A stretch of DNA of 64,000 bases from NCBI GenBank assembly GCA_963744995.1, contig CAVUWA010000010.1, forward strand, positions 192,001-256,000. Direction: 5' to 3'. Below are positions 19,046 to 31,612 of the stretch, piece after piece. Positions within the stretch are counted from its first letter, which is position 1, and each line of letters opens with the position of its first letter. A program made the translations under genes and the position numbers. Below the pieces are notes generated by a model that did not search any database, was not told the DNA's origin, and was given only the letters and a program-made list of their open reading frames with translations. Source of the DNA: Candidatus Eiseniibacteriota bacterium. GTDB lineage: Bacteria; Eisenbacteria; RBG-16-71-46.

Positions 19046-20320
19046 GCGAAGCGACGCATCGCGCGATCGAGGCGGTCTGGCGAATCGAGTCGGCGCGCGT
19101 GATCGCCACGCTCGCGCGCGTGGTCGGCGACGTGGGGCTCGCGGAGGACCTCGCGCAGGACGCGCTGGTCGCCGCCCTCGAGAAGTGGCCGGCGGCCGGC
19201 GTTCCGGACCGCCCCGGCGCGTGGCTGATGGCGACGGCGAAGCGCCGCGCGCTGGATCACCTGAGGCGCTACAGAATGATCGAACGAAAACACGGCGAGC
19301 TGGGCGCCGAGATCGAATCGCGGCGCGACGATCCGGAGGCGGCTTCCGACGCGGCGCTCGACGATCCGGTCGGCGACGATCTGCTCGCGCTGATCTTCAC
19401 CACCTGTCATCCGTCGCTCTCGATCGAGGCACGCGTGGCGCTCACGCTGCGGCTGCTGGGCGGGCTCACCACCGCGGAGATCGCGCGCGCCTACCTGGTG
19501 CCGGAACCGACCGTGGCGCAGCGCATCGTGCGGGCCAAGAAGACGCTCACGAAGGAACGGGCCGGGTTCGAGGTCGCCGCGCGGCGAAGCGCTCGCCGCA
19601 CGGCTGCCGTCGGTGCTCGAGGCGATCTACCTGATCTTCAACGAGGGCTACAGCGCGACCGCGGGCGACGACTGGATGCGTCCGGCGCTGTGCGAGGACG
19701 CGCTCCGGCTCGGGCGCATCCTCGCGGGACTGATGCCCGATGAGCCCGAGGTGCACGGACTCGTCGCGCTGATGGAGATCCAGGCCTCGCGCACCCACGC
19801 GCGCACCGACTCGCACGGCGAGCCGGTGCTGCTGCTCGAGCAGAACCGCAGCCTGTGGAATCCGCTGTTCGTGCGGCGCGGCTTCGCCGGGCTCGAGCGC
19901 ATCGCCGCGCTGGGCGGGGCCCGGGGACCGTACGCGCTGCAGGCCGCGATCGCCGCCTGTCATGCGCAGGCGCGCACCGCCGAAGCGACCGACTGGGAAC
20001 GCATCGTGGTGCTCTACGGCGAACTCGCAAAGGTGTCGCCATCACCGATCGTGGATCTCAACCGCGCGGTGGCCGTGAGCTTCGCCTACGGCCCGGCGGC
20101 CGCGCTCGAGCAGATCGACGCGCTGGTCGCGGGCGGCGCGCTCTCCGGGTACCACCTGCTGCCGTCCGTGCGCGGCGACCTGCTCGGGAAGCTCGGGCGG
20201 CTGGACGAGGCACGCGTGGCGTTCGAACGGGCCGCTTCGCTCACCCGGAACGAGCGCGAGCGGGCGCTGCTGCGCTCGCGTGCGGCGGATTGCGCGGCGG
20301 GTCGGCGGCCGTCCCGGTAG
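19042..20320 (+). CDS. ECF sigma factor with long C-terminal TPR-like extension (ECF42/DUF6596 type; frameshift near 19575)
   Basis: AIEAVWRIESARVIATL, AEDLAQDA, DDLLALIFTTCHPSL, AQRIVRAKKTL, then in another frame IYLIFNEGY...GPYALQAAIAACHA...LNRAVAV. Confidence 0.88.
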
Positions 20321-20366
20321 ACGACGCCGCGCGCTCGCCGCATCGGCCGGCCCCGGTCGCCCCGGG

Positions 20367-21079
20367 CTACCGCCACCTCGCGCTCCCCCATCCGGCGCCG
20401 CGCCCGGTCCAGGTCTGCAGCTCGACCGGGATGTGACCGGTGTCGCTGAACGCCGCAACCTTGAAGGTGCCGTCGGCGCGGATCGCGATGACGGTGATCG
20501 AGGCGTTGCCGATGTCCATGCGCTGCCAGTTTCGCGAGTCGTCGTTCAGCGCACGCGCCACCATCCAGCGGATCACGTTGCCGTGGCAGACCAGCACGTC
20601 GCGCCGGTCGGAGTCGGGCGAGGCCACGGCGTACTTGCGCCAGGCGGCCGTCAGGTTCGAGTCGCACCACGCGATCTCCGCGGGCGGCTCGTGGGCCATG
20701 TAGTCGACGCGCTCCGAGGTCGGGCCGCACTCGTGGATCAGCGTGTCGACCACCGCCGTCAACCCGAGCATCGGTGCGATCATGTCGGCGGTTTCGCTCG
20801 CCCGGCGGTACGGACTGGTGATCAGCGCGTCCGGTTTGCGCGGCAGCGCGGCGAGCCGCTCGCCGACGAGGCGGGCCTGCTCGCGGCCCAGCTCGTTGAG
20901 CCCGAGCGCCGCGATCGGACTGGCGCCGCGCTCGTAGTCGTAGTCGCCGTGGCGGATCAGGTAGAGGTAATGGACGCCGGAACGTGACGTGCGGTTCTGC
21001 TGCGCGGCCGCCGCGCGCGACGGGACGAGCGCGGCAGACCGCCGCGAGCGCGAAGGCCGGGAATGTGCGGACGTGTCAT
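20367..21079 (-). CDS. Histidine phosphatase (phosphoglycerate-mutase/PGAM5-like), probably secreted; indels in the signal region
   Basis: LYLIRHG, LNELGREQA, SPYRRASETA, LVCHGNVIR; ATG 21079 with a GGAGG RBS overlaps the racemase stop, and the N-terminal reading frame is broken. Confidence 0.8.
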
Positions 21080-21793
21080 GATGGACCTCCAGCGGATACG
21101 GAATCTCCCAGCGCCTTCGCCGCCGCGGCGCGTGCGAGCAGCCGCGTCGAGTCGAGCACCGGCAGCGACGAGGCATCGGGCGTGACGAGCAGCGGAATCT
21201 CGGTGCACGCGAGCGCGACCGCATCGCAGCCTTCGCCCTTCATGCGTCCGATGATCCGCAGCGTACCGCCGCGCGAGTCGTCTTCGACCACCCCCTGGCA
21301 CAGCTCCTCGAAGATGATGCGGTCGATGGTCGGCGCGTTCCTCCGACTGCGGGAATCGGCCAGGCCGACGCCGGCGCGTGCAAACGCCGCCGGGTACGCG
21401 GGGCCTTCCATCGTCCAGCGCGTCCCGAGCAGCGCGACCCTCCTGCGGCCGTCCGCCTGTGCCTGCCGCGCGACGATGTCGGCGATGTGCAGACCCGGAA
21501 TCGGATACGGCGCCGTCGCCGCGTCGATCGCGACGTGCGCGGTGTTGTCGGGGCAGACGTAGAAGTCGCAGCCGGCGTCGGCGAGCCGCCGGCAGGTGCG
21601 CCCGAGGTGCGCGTTCACCGCAGCGAGCTCGCCCCGGTCGTAGGCGTCCAGCACGTCGCCCATCGGCAGGATCGAGAGCGTGATCTCGGGGTGCCGGTGG
21701 GCGCCGAGCCGGCGCGCGCTCTCGCGCATCGATCTCGAGGAAACACAGCGCCGCGCCGTCGGCGGAGTGGGCGAGGATGCCGATGTGTTGCAT
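21076..21793 (-). CDS. Aspartate/glutamate racemase-family protein (frameshifts near 21730 and 21270-21360)
   Basis: MQHIGILAHSADGAALCFLE, VCPDNTAH, VALLGTRWTM, ALACTEIPLL, LDSTRLLA. Confidence 0.82.
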
Positions 21794-21855
21794 GCGGAGC
21801 ATTGTAGGACGGCGTGGCGTGGACGGATACCCGGGGGACCCGCCCCGAGCGCCCG

Positions 21856-24066
21856 TCACCGCTCCGGGCCCGCATCCTCCCGCAGCGCCGCCGCCTGCTC
21901 CAGGATCGAGACGAACTCGGCACTCGGCTCGTCGCCGAGCTGCGCGGCGGCGCTGCGCGCCACCGGCAACACGTCGGCGATCCGGCTCTCCTTTGCCCAG
22001 TAGCTCCCGCGCAGGATCTCGGCAAACTCGGCCACCGCGGCATCGAGCCGGAAATGGGGCGATGCGTTCTGGAACCAGCGTTCCAGCGCAGCCGCGTCGA
22101 GGCGCTCCTCGATCTCACGCACGTCGGGTGCGCCGGCAGTCTCGTGATCCGGGCGTGCGTAACGGAACCGCACCGTGGCGATCGTGCCGCGTTTCACGCC
22201 CGGCGCGAGCTTGACCTCGTAGAGCGCGGTGACTTCGTGACCGGCGCCGATCTCGCCCGCATCCACTTTGTCGTTGCGGAAGTCGCGGTCGGCGATGTCG
22301 CGATTCTCGAAACCGAGCAGCCGGTAACGCAGTACCCGCGTGGAGTCGAACTCGACCTGCACCTTCGCGTCCTGCGCGATGGTCTGGAGCGTGCCGGTCA
22401 GATGGTCCGCGAGCACCCGGCGCGCTTCGTCGAGGTCGTCCACGTAGTAGTGATTGCCGTCGCCGCGGTCCGCGAGCTGTTCCATCAGGACGTCGTTGTA
22501 GTTCCCCATCCCGAATCCGATCGTCGTCAGCCGGATGCCGCGATCCGCTTCGCGACGGACCCGGGCGAGGATCGACTCGGGACCGGTACGGCCCACGTTG
22601 GCGACGCCGTCCGAGCACAGCACGATCCGGTTGATCGCTCCCTGCCGGTACATGCGCCGCGCCATCTCGTATCCGAGCTGGAGACCGTCTTCCGCGTTGG
22701 TGCTGCCCCCGGGCACGAGTTGGTCGATGGCGTCGAGGACGCGCCTCCGCGCCTCGGGAGAGTCATCGCCCTGCCCGCCGAGCGGCATGGGCTCGAGGAC
22801 GTCACGCCCCGTCGATCCGTAGACGACGATCCCGACCTGGTCATCGCCATGCAGGCGATCCAGCAGCAGGTGCAGCGTGCGTTTGACCAGCCCCAGCCGG
22901 TTCTCGCGCGCCATCGAGCCCGAGACATCGATCACGAACGTCAACCGGACGGGCTTGCGATCGGCGTCGTCGACCTCGCGGCCCTTGATGCCGACGCGCA
23001 ACAGCTGGTACCCGGAACCGAAGGGAGACGGTGCGCCCTCCATCAGGATCCGGAAGTCCTCGTGCTCGAAGTGCGGATAGCCCTGCGGGAAGAAGTTCAC
23101 GAACTCTTCCACGCGCACCGCGTCCGCAGGCGGCAGGTGTCCGAGGCTGACGTAGCGGCGCATCACGGTGTACGAGGCGGCGTCGACGTCCACCGCGAAC
23201 GTGGACAGCGGATCCTCGTCGGTCGCGATGAACGGGTTGACGCCGTAGTTCCGGAAGAACATCGAGTCGTAAGGCTCGTCGTTGGGCAGTCGCGTGCCAC
23301 CCGTGGTGGGAACGACCGGCGGTGGCGCGGGGACGCTCCGGGCGGACGGAGGACTCGGGGGACCGCCGCGATACAGGGCCTTCGTCTCGCCCCAGGCGCG
23401 AGTGCCTGGTGCGGGCGGACGAGGGAGCGGACTGGGGAGTGGCGCGGGCGGCTTGCCGACGGCCGCGCGCTGGCCGTCGGCGCGGTCCCCGGCCGGTTCC
23501 CTCGCAGGCAGCGTCTCCTCGCCCGAGCGCCCGCCACGCACGTGCAGGTTCCCGTCCTGCGCCACGACGCCCGCTTTGACGGCGACGGCTTCGCGCAGGT
23601 TGTCGACCGGCAGCTTCTCGAGCTGCTCGGCGGAAATCCGCGGCTCGGTCGTGGAGGGCTGCGGCTCGATCAGCGCAGCCTCGAGGGCGCGCCTCGGCAG
23701 CGCCCTGGGCGGAACCGCCCGGGGGGGCCCGGGCTGGGGAAGCGTGCCGACGACACCGGCGCCCGGCGCATCGCCCGGCGCGGCGCGGTCCGGGGCCACC
23801 GGCCGATCGGTTTCGCCGGGGGTCTCGATCTGACCGGTGCGCCGGGCGACGGGTGAAGACTTCCCGGCCGGAGGGACCTGCGGCGCGCGTTCCAGCATCG
23901 AGATCGCCACCACCACGGCCGCCAGGGCCACCGCTCCGGCCGTCGCGGCGACCAGCCAGCGCTGCAGCCCGCCCGTCGCGTGCCCGCGCCCGGCCAGGTC
24001 GTTCCAGATCGCTCGACGCTCTTCCGCAGTCAGCGTCTCCGCATGCCGTTCGAAGAGGTCTCTCAT
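21856..24066 (-). CDS. Membrane-anchored YfbK-like vWA-domain protein (vWA + DUF3520-like C-terminus)
   Basis: N-terminal TM, Pro-rich linker, PLSTFAVDVDAASY, VRVEEFVNFF, MIDAS VIDVSGSM, SDGVANVG, DFRNDKVDAGEIGAGHEVTALYE. Confidence 0.88.
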   Translation of the reverse strand: MRDLFERHAETLTAEERRAIWNDLAGRGHATGGLQRWLVAATAGAVALAAVVVAISMLERAPQVPPAGKSSPVARRTGQIETPGETDRPVAPDRAAPGDAPGAGVVGTLPQPGPPRAVPPRALPRRALEAALIEPQPSTTEPRISAEQLEKLPVDNLREAVAVKAGVVAQDGNLHVRGGRSGEETLPAREPAGDRADGQRAAVGKPPAPLPSPLPRPPAPGTRAWGETKALYRGGPPSPPSARSVPAPPPVVPTTGGTRLPNDEPYDSMFFRNYGVNPFIATDEDPLSTFAVDVDAASYTVMRRYVSLGHLPPADAVRVEEFVNFFPQGYPHFEHEDFRILMEGAPSPFGSGYQLLRVGIKGREVDDADRKPVRLTFVIDVSGSMARENRLGLVKRTLHLLLDRLHGDDQVGIVVYGSTGRDVLEPMPLGGQGDDSPEARRRVLDAIDQLVPGGSTNAEDGLQLGYEMARRMYRQGAINRIVLCSDGVANVGRTGPESILARVRREADRGIRLTTIGFGMGNYNDVLMEQLADRGDGNHYYVDDLDEARRVLADHLTGTLQTIAQDAKVQVEFDSTRVLRYRLLGFENRDIADRDFRNDKVDAGEIGAGHEVTALYEVKLAPGVKRGTIATVRFRYARPDHETAGAPDVREIEERLDAAALERWFQNASPHFRLDAAVAEFAEILRGSYWAKESRIADVLPVARSAAAQLGDEPSAEFVSILEQAAALREDAGPER

Positions 24067-24650
24067 GTCTCCTGTCCTTCCCAGCCGCCCTCCACGAGGG
24101 GCCGTGTTCCACCAGCCAGGTGCGCCCGCATGCGTTCGCGCGCGCGGGTGTGATGGACGCGTGCAGTGCTCTCGGCGCAGTGGAGCACCTGCGCGATCTC
24201 CCGGAAGCTCAGGCCTTCCCACTCGCGCAGCAGCAGAGCCGAGCGCTGGTGGCGGGAGAGCTTCCGGAGCGCGCGATACAGGGCGTCCCGCTCCGCGGCG
24301 AACTGCACGCCCCGCGTCTCGGATTCGACTCGCGCATCCGGCGCCTCGAGCCGCGTCGTCCGCCTGAGGCGACGCAGGAATACGCGCTTCCAGTCGATCG
24401 AACGTCCGAGGGCGATGGACCTCAGCCAGACCCCGATGGGCGCTTCGCCCCGATAGGTCTCCAGCCGACGGAACGCCTGCAAGTAGGTCTCCTGCAGGAC
24501 GTCACGGGCCTCTTCGCGATCGCCGATCTGGTAGCAGAGAAAGGCGAACAGGCGATCGCAGGTCGAGTCGTAGATGACTCGCCAGGCGGCGGCGTCCCCC
24601 CTTCTGGCACGTTCCGCCAGATCGTGGTCGGACCGGAGATCTGTCGTCAT
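24063..24650 (-). CDS. ECF RNA polymerase sigma factor
   Basis: DHDLAERARRGDAAAW, EARDVLQETY, WLRSIA, region 4 LREWEGLSFREIAQVL; AAGGAG RBS; ATGA coupling to the vWA gene. Confidence 0.9.
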   Translation of the reverse strand: MTTDLRSDHDLAERARRGDAAAWRVIYDSTCDRLFAFLCYQIGDREEARDVLQETYLQAFRRLETYRGEAPIGVWLRSIALGRSIDWKRVFLRRLRRTTRLEAPDARVESETRGVQFAAERDALYRALRKLSRHQRSALLLREWEGLSFREIAQVLHCAESTARVHHTRARERMRAHLAGGTRPLVEGGWEGQET

Positions 24651-24755
24651 CGGCTCCTTCGATTCTCCCGGCACGCCTGTATGGTCGAGGCTACGGGCAG
24701 ATTCGCTTACCCGGAAGGGAAACGCGGTGGAGGTCGGCCGCTGCGCGGCGGCCCC

Positions 24756-24784
24756 TTGACCCCCGCCCACCTCCTGCCTAGACT
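24756..24784 (+). promoter_or_regulatory. Sigma70-type promoter of the acpS-carboxylase-mutase operon
   Basis: TTGACC-17 nt-TAGACT. Confidence 0.65.
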
Positions 24785-24824
24785 GCCATCTTCAAGTCTT
24801 TCAGGCGCTTACGAAGGGACCCCC

Positions 24825-25198
24825 GTGTCGGTCAAAGGCATCGGCATCGACGTCGTGAAGGTCGGGCGCATCACCGATTCGCTCGAGCGCTTCGGTGAGC
24901 GGTTCGAGCGGCGCATCTTCACCGAGGGCGAGCTGGCCTACTGCCGTGGCCACAAGGATCCACTACCCCACCTGGCCGCCCGTTTCGCCGCGAAGGAGGC
25001 ACTCTCGAAGGCGATCGGTACGGGATTCTCGAACGGGGTGAGCTGGAAGCAGGTCGAGGTGATCCAGCCGGGTGGCCGCAGACCGGCGCTGCAGCTCACC
25101 GGGCGCGCGCTGGAGATCTTCCATTCGCAGGGCTGCACGTCGTCGCACCTCTCGCTCACGCATGACGGCGGTCTGGCGATCGCGTGTGTGGTGATCGA

Positions 25199-25202
<4 letters not shown>
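24825..25202 (+). CDS. acpS: Holo-[acyl-carrier-protein] synthase
   Basis: GIGIDVV, RIFTEGE, LAARFAAKEALSKAIGTG, HLSLTHD. Confidence 0.93.
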
Positions 25203-26935
<1,733 letters not shown>

Positions 26936-26990
26936 ACGCCCGTGCGGGGTCGCTGCCGGCGGCGCGCGCGAACGCGCCGAAGGAGAGCCG

Positions 26991-27506
26991 ATGAAGCTCT
27001 GGGTCACGCTCGAAGACCACGAGGCCGAGGTCGAGTTCAAGACCGACGGCGAGCGGCTATGGCTCGAAATCGAGGGCGAGCGGCTCGAGGCCGACTTCGC
27101 GCGCCTGCCGGACGGCGAGGTCTACTCGCTGCTCGTCGGCGGTCGCTCGCACGAAGTCCGCGTCTCCCCCGTGGACGGCCGGCTCGACGTCACGCTCAAC
27201 GGTGCGTCGCTGGCGATCGAGGTGCGGCATCCGCTCGAGAAGATGCTGGCGCGCGTCCGCCACGACGGACCGGCTTCGGGCGACGAGACCATTGCGGCGC
27301 CGATGCCGGGGTCGGTGGTCGCGATCAAGGTGAAGCCCGGCGACCGGGTCGAGCCCGGCCAGGCCGTCATCGTGGTCGAGGCGATGAAGATGCAGAACGA
27401 GCTCGCCACGCGCGGGGGCGGCGTCGTGAAGGACGTCCTCGTCGAGGAGCACGCTCCGGTCTCGGCCGGCCAGGCGCTGGTGCGAATCCATGCGGGGGAT
27501 GCATGA
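26991..27506 (+). CDS. Biotin carboxyl carrier protein (PccA C-terminal-type)
   Basis: APMPGSVV, biotinylation motif EAMKM. Confidence 0.92.
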   Translation: MKLWVTLEDHEAEVEFKTDGERLWLEIEGERLEADFARLPDGEVYSLLVGGRSHEVRVSPVDGRLDVTLNGASLAIEVRHPLEKMLARVRHDGPASGDETIAAPMPGSVVAIKVKPGDRVEPGQAVIVVEAMKMQNELATRGGGVVKDVLVEEHAPVSAGQALVRIHAGDA

Positions 27507-29146
27507 GCGCGAAGCCACGCGGACGCCGCGCGAAGGCGCCGGCGACCCGGGCGCAGGCCGCGCCGGGCGCCGGGCGCGAAACCACCTCCGGCATCACGAT
27601 CCGCCGCGTCTACGACCCCGGCGACGTGCCGGCGGGCGCGCCCTGGCTGCACGTGCCGCCCGGCGAGCCGCCGTTCACGCGCGGGATCCATTCCGGCATG
27701 TACCGCTCGCGGCTCTGGACCATGCGCCAGTACGCCGGGTTCGGCAGCGCCACGCAGACCAACGAGCGGTTCCGCTACCTGCTCGAGCAGGGACAGACGG
27801 GACTCTCGGTCGCCTTCGACCTGCCGACGCAGATGGGCTACGACTCCGATCATCCGCTCGCCAGGGGCGAGGTCGGCAAGGTCGGCGTCGCGATCAGCTG
27901 CATGTCCGACATGGAGACGCTGCTCGACCGACTGCCGCTCGAACGCGTCACGACCTCGATGACGATCAACGCGACCGCGCCGCTGTTGCTGGCATTCTAC
28001 GTCGCGGTGGCCGACGCGCGCGGCGTGCCCCGCACGAGCCTCGGTGGCACGGTGCAGAACGACGTGCTCAAGGAGTACGTCGCACGCGGCACCTACATCT
28101 ATCCGCCCGAGGCCTCGCTGCGGCTGATCACCGACGTGTTCGAGTTCACCGCCGCCGAGGTGCCGCAGTGGAACAGCATTTCGGTGAGCGGCTACCACAT
28201 GCGTGAGGCCGGCGCGACGGCGGTGCAGGAGCTGGCGTTCACGCTCGCCAACGGCCTCGCCTACCTCGACGCCGCGCACGCGCGCGGGCTCGACCTCGCA
28301 CGCATCGCGAAGCGGATGTCGTTCTTCTTCAACGCCCACAATCACCTGTTCGAGGAGGCGGCCAAGTTCCGCGCCGCGCGCACGCTCTGGGCGGAGCTGC
28401 TCACCGAGCGCTTCGGTATCGAAGACGCCGACGCCCTGAAGCTGCGCTTCCACACCCAGACCGCCGGCTCGATGCTCACCGCGCAGCAGCCGCTCAACAA
28501 CGTGGTGCGCACCACGGTGCAGGCGCTGGCGGCGATCCTCGGCGGCACGCAGTCGCTGCACACCAATTCCTTCGACGAGGCGCTCGGACTGCCCGGCAGG
28601 GAGGCCGCGCTGCTCGCGCTGCGCACGCAGCAGGTGCTCGCGCACGAGAGCGGGGTCACCGACACCGTGGATCCGCTGGCGGGCTCCTACTTCGTCGAGG
28701 CGCTCACCCACGAGCTGATGACGCGGGCGCGCGTGCTGCTCGAGACCGTGGCGCGTCAGGGCGGCATGATCGCCTCGATCTCGTCCGGATGGGTGCAGGA
28801 GGAGATCCACCGCGCGGCGTACCGCTGGCAGCGCGAAGTCGAGAGCGGCGCGCGCGTGGTGGTCGGCGTCAACCGCTTCGCCGACGACCAGCCGATGCCG
28901 CCGCCGCCGTTCAAGCACGACCCGCGGATCGAGCGGGAGCGGGCGAAGTTCCTCGCACGCTGGCGCGCGGAACGCAATGCGCACGCAGCACAGAAGGCGC
29001 TCGCGCGCCTCGAGAAGGACGCGCGCGGCGATGCCAACCTGATGCCCGCGATCCTCGCCGCCCTCGTCGCGAAGGCCACGCTCGGCGAGGTGTGCGATGC
29101 GATGCGCGACGTGTTCGGCGTGCACCGGCCGGGGAGCGAGCGGTGA
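27503..29146 (+). CDS. mcmA: Methylmalonyl-CoA mutase, substrate-binding (large) subunit
   Basis: [16 protein letters not shown] (Tyr), [18 protein letters not shown] (Arg), [18 protein letters not shown]; no B12-binding domain; adjacent to the epimerase. Confidence 0.9.
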   Translation: MSAKPRGRRAKAPATRAQAAPGAGRETTSGITIRRVYDPGDVPAGAPWLHVPPGEPPFTRGIHSGMYRSRLWTMRQYAGFGSATQTNERFRYLLEQGQTGLSVAFDLPTQMGYDSDHPLARGEVGKVGVAISCMSDMETLLDRLPLERVTTSMTINATAPLLLAFYVAVADARGVPRTSLGGTVQNDVLKEYVARGTYIYPPEASLRLITDVFEFTAAEVPQWNSISVSGYHMREAGATAVQELAFTLANGLAYLDAAHARGLDLARIAKRMSFFFNAHNHLFEEAAKFRAARTLWAELLTERFGIEDADALKLRFHTQTAGSMLTAQQPLNNVVRTTVQALAAILGGTQSLHTNSFDEALGLPGREAALLALRTQQVLAHESGVTDTVDPLAGSYFVEALTHELMTRARVLLETVARQGGMIASISSGWVQEEIHRAAYRWQREVESGARVVVGVNRFADDQPMPPPPFKHDPRIERERAKFLARWRAERNAHAAQKALARLEKDARGDANLMPAILAALVAKATLGEVCDAMRDVFGVHRPGSER

Positions 29147-29604
29147 GCGACGCGCGCGGCAGCGGCGCCGCGGGCACGGGCGGTCCGGCGTCCGTCACCG
29201 GCCTTTCCCACGTGGCGATCGCGGTACGCGAAGCCGAGCCCGTCGCCGCACTGCTGGAACAGGCGCTGGGCGCGACCCGCGGCGGCGAGGACATGCTGGA
29301 CGGCGGCGGCCTGCGCGTGGTGTTCGTCCACCTGGGGCCGGTGACGTTCGAGCTGCTCGAGCCGCGCTCGATGGACCACACGGTGGCCAGATTCCTCGAC
29401 AAGCACGGGCCCGGGCTCCATCACGTGAGCCTCGACGTCGAGAACCTGGAGACCGCGCTCGAGCGCTGCCGGGCGGCCGGCATCCGCCTGGTCGATAAGG
29501 CCCCGCGCGCGGGCGCGCATGGCTCCCGGGTCGCGTTCCTGCACCCGAAGAGCCTGGGCGGCGTGCTGCTGGAGCTGTGCGGACCGAAGCGTCCCGGCGG
29601 CTGA
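29143..29604 (+). CDS. mce: Methylmalonyl-CoA epimerase
   Basis: [42 protein letters not shown]. Confidence 0.9.
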   Translation: MSDARGSGAAGTGGPASVTGLSHVAIAVREAEPVAALLEQALGATRGGEDMLDGGGLRVVFVHLGPVTFELLEPRSMDHTVARFLDKHGPGLHHVSLDVENLETALERCRAAGIRLVDKAPRAGAHGSRVAFLHPKSLGGVLLELCGPKRPGG

Positions 29605-29652
29605 ACGCCTCGCGTCGGCGCGGCGGCTTTCTGCTGTCGCCGGGACACCGGG

Positions 29653-30792
29653 TCAGCGAGCCGCCGGCGCTCCATGGGGTGACCACACCGAGCCGTCGCC
29701 GTAGGCGGTGAACAGCCTGCCCCAGCCGGTCTTCATGATGTCGCGCACGCGCGGCTTGCCGTTCACCGGATACCAGTAGCCGTCGTGGTAGAGCCGCGAC
29801 GCAGCGTAGCTCCACGGCACGATCGGCGAGCGCAGCAGCATGTTCTCGAGCGGCTTGAGCGGCCCCCAGTAGATCAGCTTCTGCCCCCACGAGGCGAAGG
29901 TGTTCTCGTTGAGGCTGCCGCGGAACTGGAAGTTCACGTTGCGGATGTCGTCGCCGACGATCTCGATCTCGCTCGGGTTGCCGACGCCGAGTCCGTGCTC
30001 GTGCGCGAGCCGGATGTACTTGAGGTCCGTCATCGGGTCGAAGCCCATCATCTTCGCGGCGATCGCGTCGATCGCCACGCAGTCGCTGGAAGCGAGGATG
30101 TAGTTCTTGACGTGCGGCCGCATCGCGCGCGGGCCCGGCCCTTCCCCGGCGATCGTGCCGTCCATCACCGCGAAGATCCCGGGGTGGATCTCCTTCTGGA
30201 TCCGCAGCAGGTCCACCAGGGTTTCGTGGATCACCGAGTGGGTCCAGTGTCGGTTCAGGTTCAGCAGCCCGCCGAAGGCGTTCTTCATCGAGCCCGTGGT
30301 GCCGGTGAACACGTGGGTCTTCACGGTGGGCATGTGGATCACGTTCTTGCCCATCAGCAGTTTCGGGATCTGGATGCCCTGCTTCTCGAACACCTCGTTC
30401 AGCACGAGCATCTTCGACTTCGGCTCGTAGCGGATCCACTCGGTGGGCGGCTCGCTCAGGTACTGGATCGGCACCCGGTAACGGTCGAGCACGGGCTGCA
30501 GGTGGTTGTTCACCGCGCCCTCGCGGCAGCTCACCACCACGGTGTCATTCTGCGCCGCGATCAGATCGCGTGAGACGTCGTAGCCGTCACGCTTCATCTT
30601 GTCGATGATGCCGTGCATCTGCCACGGCGTGGTGGAGCAGGCGGGCATGTACACGTGCCAGGAGATGTTGATCCGGAGACAGGTCTGCCTCTCGAACGGA
30701 AGGGCTTCGCGGTAGCCCGCGAGATCCATGAGGCGGCCGTAGTCTTCGGTGACGGTTTCGGGCGTGGTGCGGAGAACGGCGACTTTCGACAT
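29653..30792 (-). CDS. DUF362-family protein
   Basis: INISWH, STTPWQ, PTVKTHVFTGTTGSMKNAFGGL, VMDGTIAGEGPGP, DCVAIDA; TGcTACACT upstream. Confidence 0.78.
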   Translation of the reverse strand: MSKVAVLRTTPETVTEDYGRLMDLAGYREALPFERQTCLRINISWHVYMPACSTTPWQMHGIIDKMKRDGYDVSRDLIAAQNDTVVVSCREGAVNNHLQPVLDRYRVPIQYLSEPPTEWIRYEPKSKMLVLNEVFEKQGIQIPKLLMGKNVIHMPTVKTHVFTGTTGSMKNAFGGLLNLNRHWTHSVIHETLVDLLRIQKEIHPGIFAVMDGTIAGEGPGPRAMRPHVKNYILASSDCVAIDAIAAKMMGFDPMTDLKYIRLAHEHGLGVGNPSEIEIVGDDIRNVNFQFRGSLNENTFASWGQKLIYWGPLKPLENMLLRSPIVPWSYAASRLYHDGYWYPVNGKPRVRDIMKTGWGRLFTAYGDGSVWSPHGAPAAR

Positions 30793-30938
30793 GCGGGATC
30801 CGGGGTTGGAGTTCTGCGGACCGGCCACGGGGCCGGTGGAAACGCGGCGGAAAGTGTAGCAGACGGGGCGGGGGCGGGCGGGGCCCCGGATCCCGATGCC
30901 GCCGGGTTCCGGGGCCGGCGCCCGAATCCGTGCCTTCG

Positions 30939-31448
30939 TTACTTCTTTTCGGCCTGCGCCTTGAGCGCCTTGAGCGTCTCACCCATGCTGGCATCCATCT
31001 GGTCGGCGGTCGCCTTGCGGTCCGCGGGCTTGCTCTCGTCGGTGTACGCCTCGACGTAGCGCACGAGCGTGCCGCCGTCCTTCGGCTCCAGCACGACGGT
31101 GGCCCGGCACATGTAGGAGCCGTCGGTCGGTTCGTGAGCGATCCGCAGCTCTTTGTCCTTCGCCAGGAAGGTGACGACCGAGCGCCCGCCATTGCCCCAG
31201 TCGTCGGTGAACTCGAGCGAGTCGCCGACCCTGGTGAGCTGCACGTCCGCGTTGGCTTCGCTCTTCCACATCGGGCACCAGGTGACGAGGCTCTTGCCGG
31301 TCGTGAGCTTCGCCCAGACGGCGGAAGGCGGCGCCGCGATCTGCGTCTCCGCGCTCAGGCGAACGGTGGGGATCTCCTGCGGGGCCGCGGTGGCGGCGGG
31401 GGCGGCGAGCAGCAGGGCGAGGGCGACGAGAACGAATCGCTGGGTCAT
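30939..31448 (-). CDS. Secreted SRPBCC/START-like protein
   Basis: GAGG RBS, signal peptide, 'TQIAAPPSAVWAKLT...W', C-terminal helix 'MGETLKALKAQAEK'. Confidence 0.7.
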   Translation of the reverse strand: MTQRFVLVALALLLAAPAATAAPQEIPTVRLSAETQIAAPPSAVWAKLTTGKSLVTWCPMWKSEANADVQLTRVGDSLEFTDDWGNGGRSVVTFLAKDKELRIAHEPTDGSYMCRATVVLEPKDGGTLVRYVEAYTDESKPADRKATADQMDASMGETLKALKAQAEKK

Positions 31449-31612
31449 GGGGTCCTCTCCGGGTTGTGGCCGCGGCGCCATCTTCGTGCGGGCCTGCGAT
31501 CCAGACCCGCCGGGCAGGGCGCCCGACGTGGCGGCAGTCTAACGCCTTCCGACGACGGACTGCAGCACGGAATGCGCCGGCGGAGCCGGCGCGGCTGCGC
31601 CGCGGGCCCGGG

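Noticed and set aside
18706..19743. Apparent DGPF-sigma factor fusion
   Set aside because: Created by one extra base near 19028; removing it restores a GTGA stop/start overlap.
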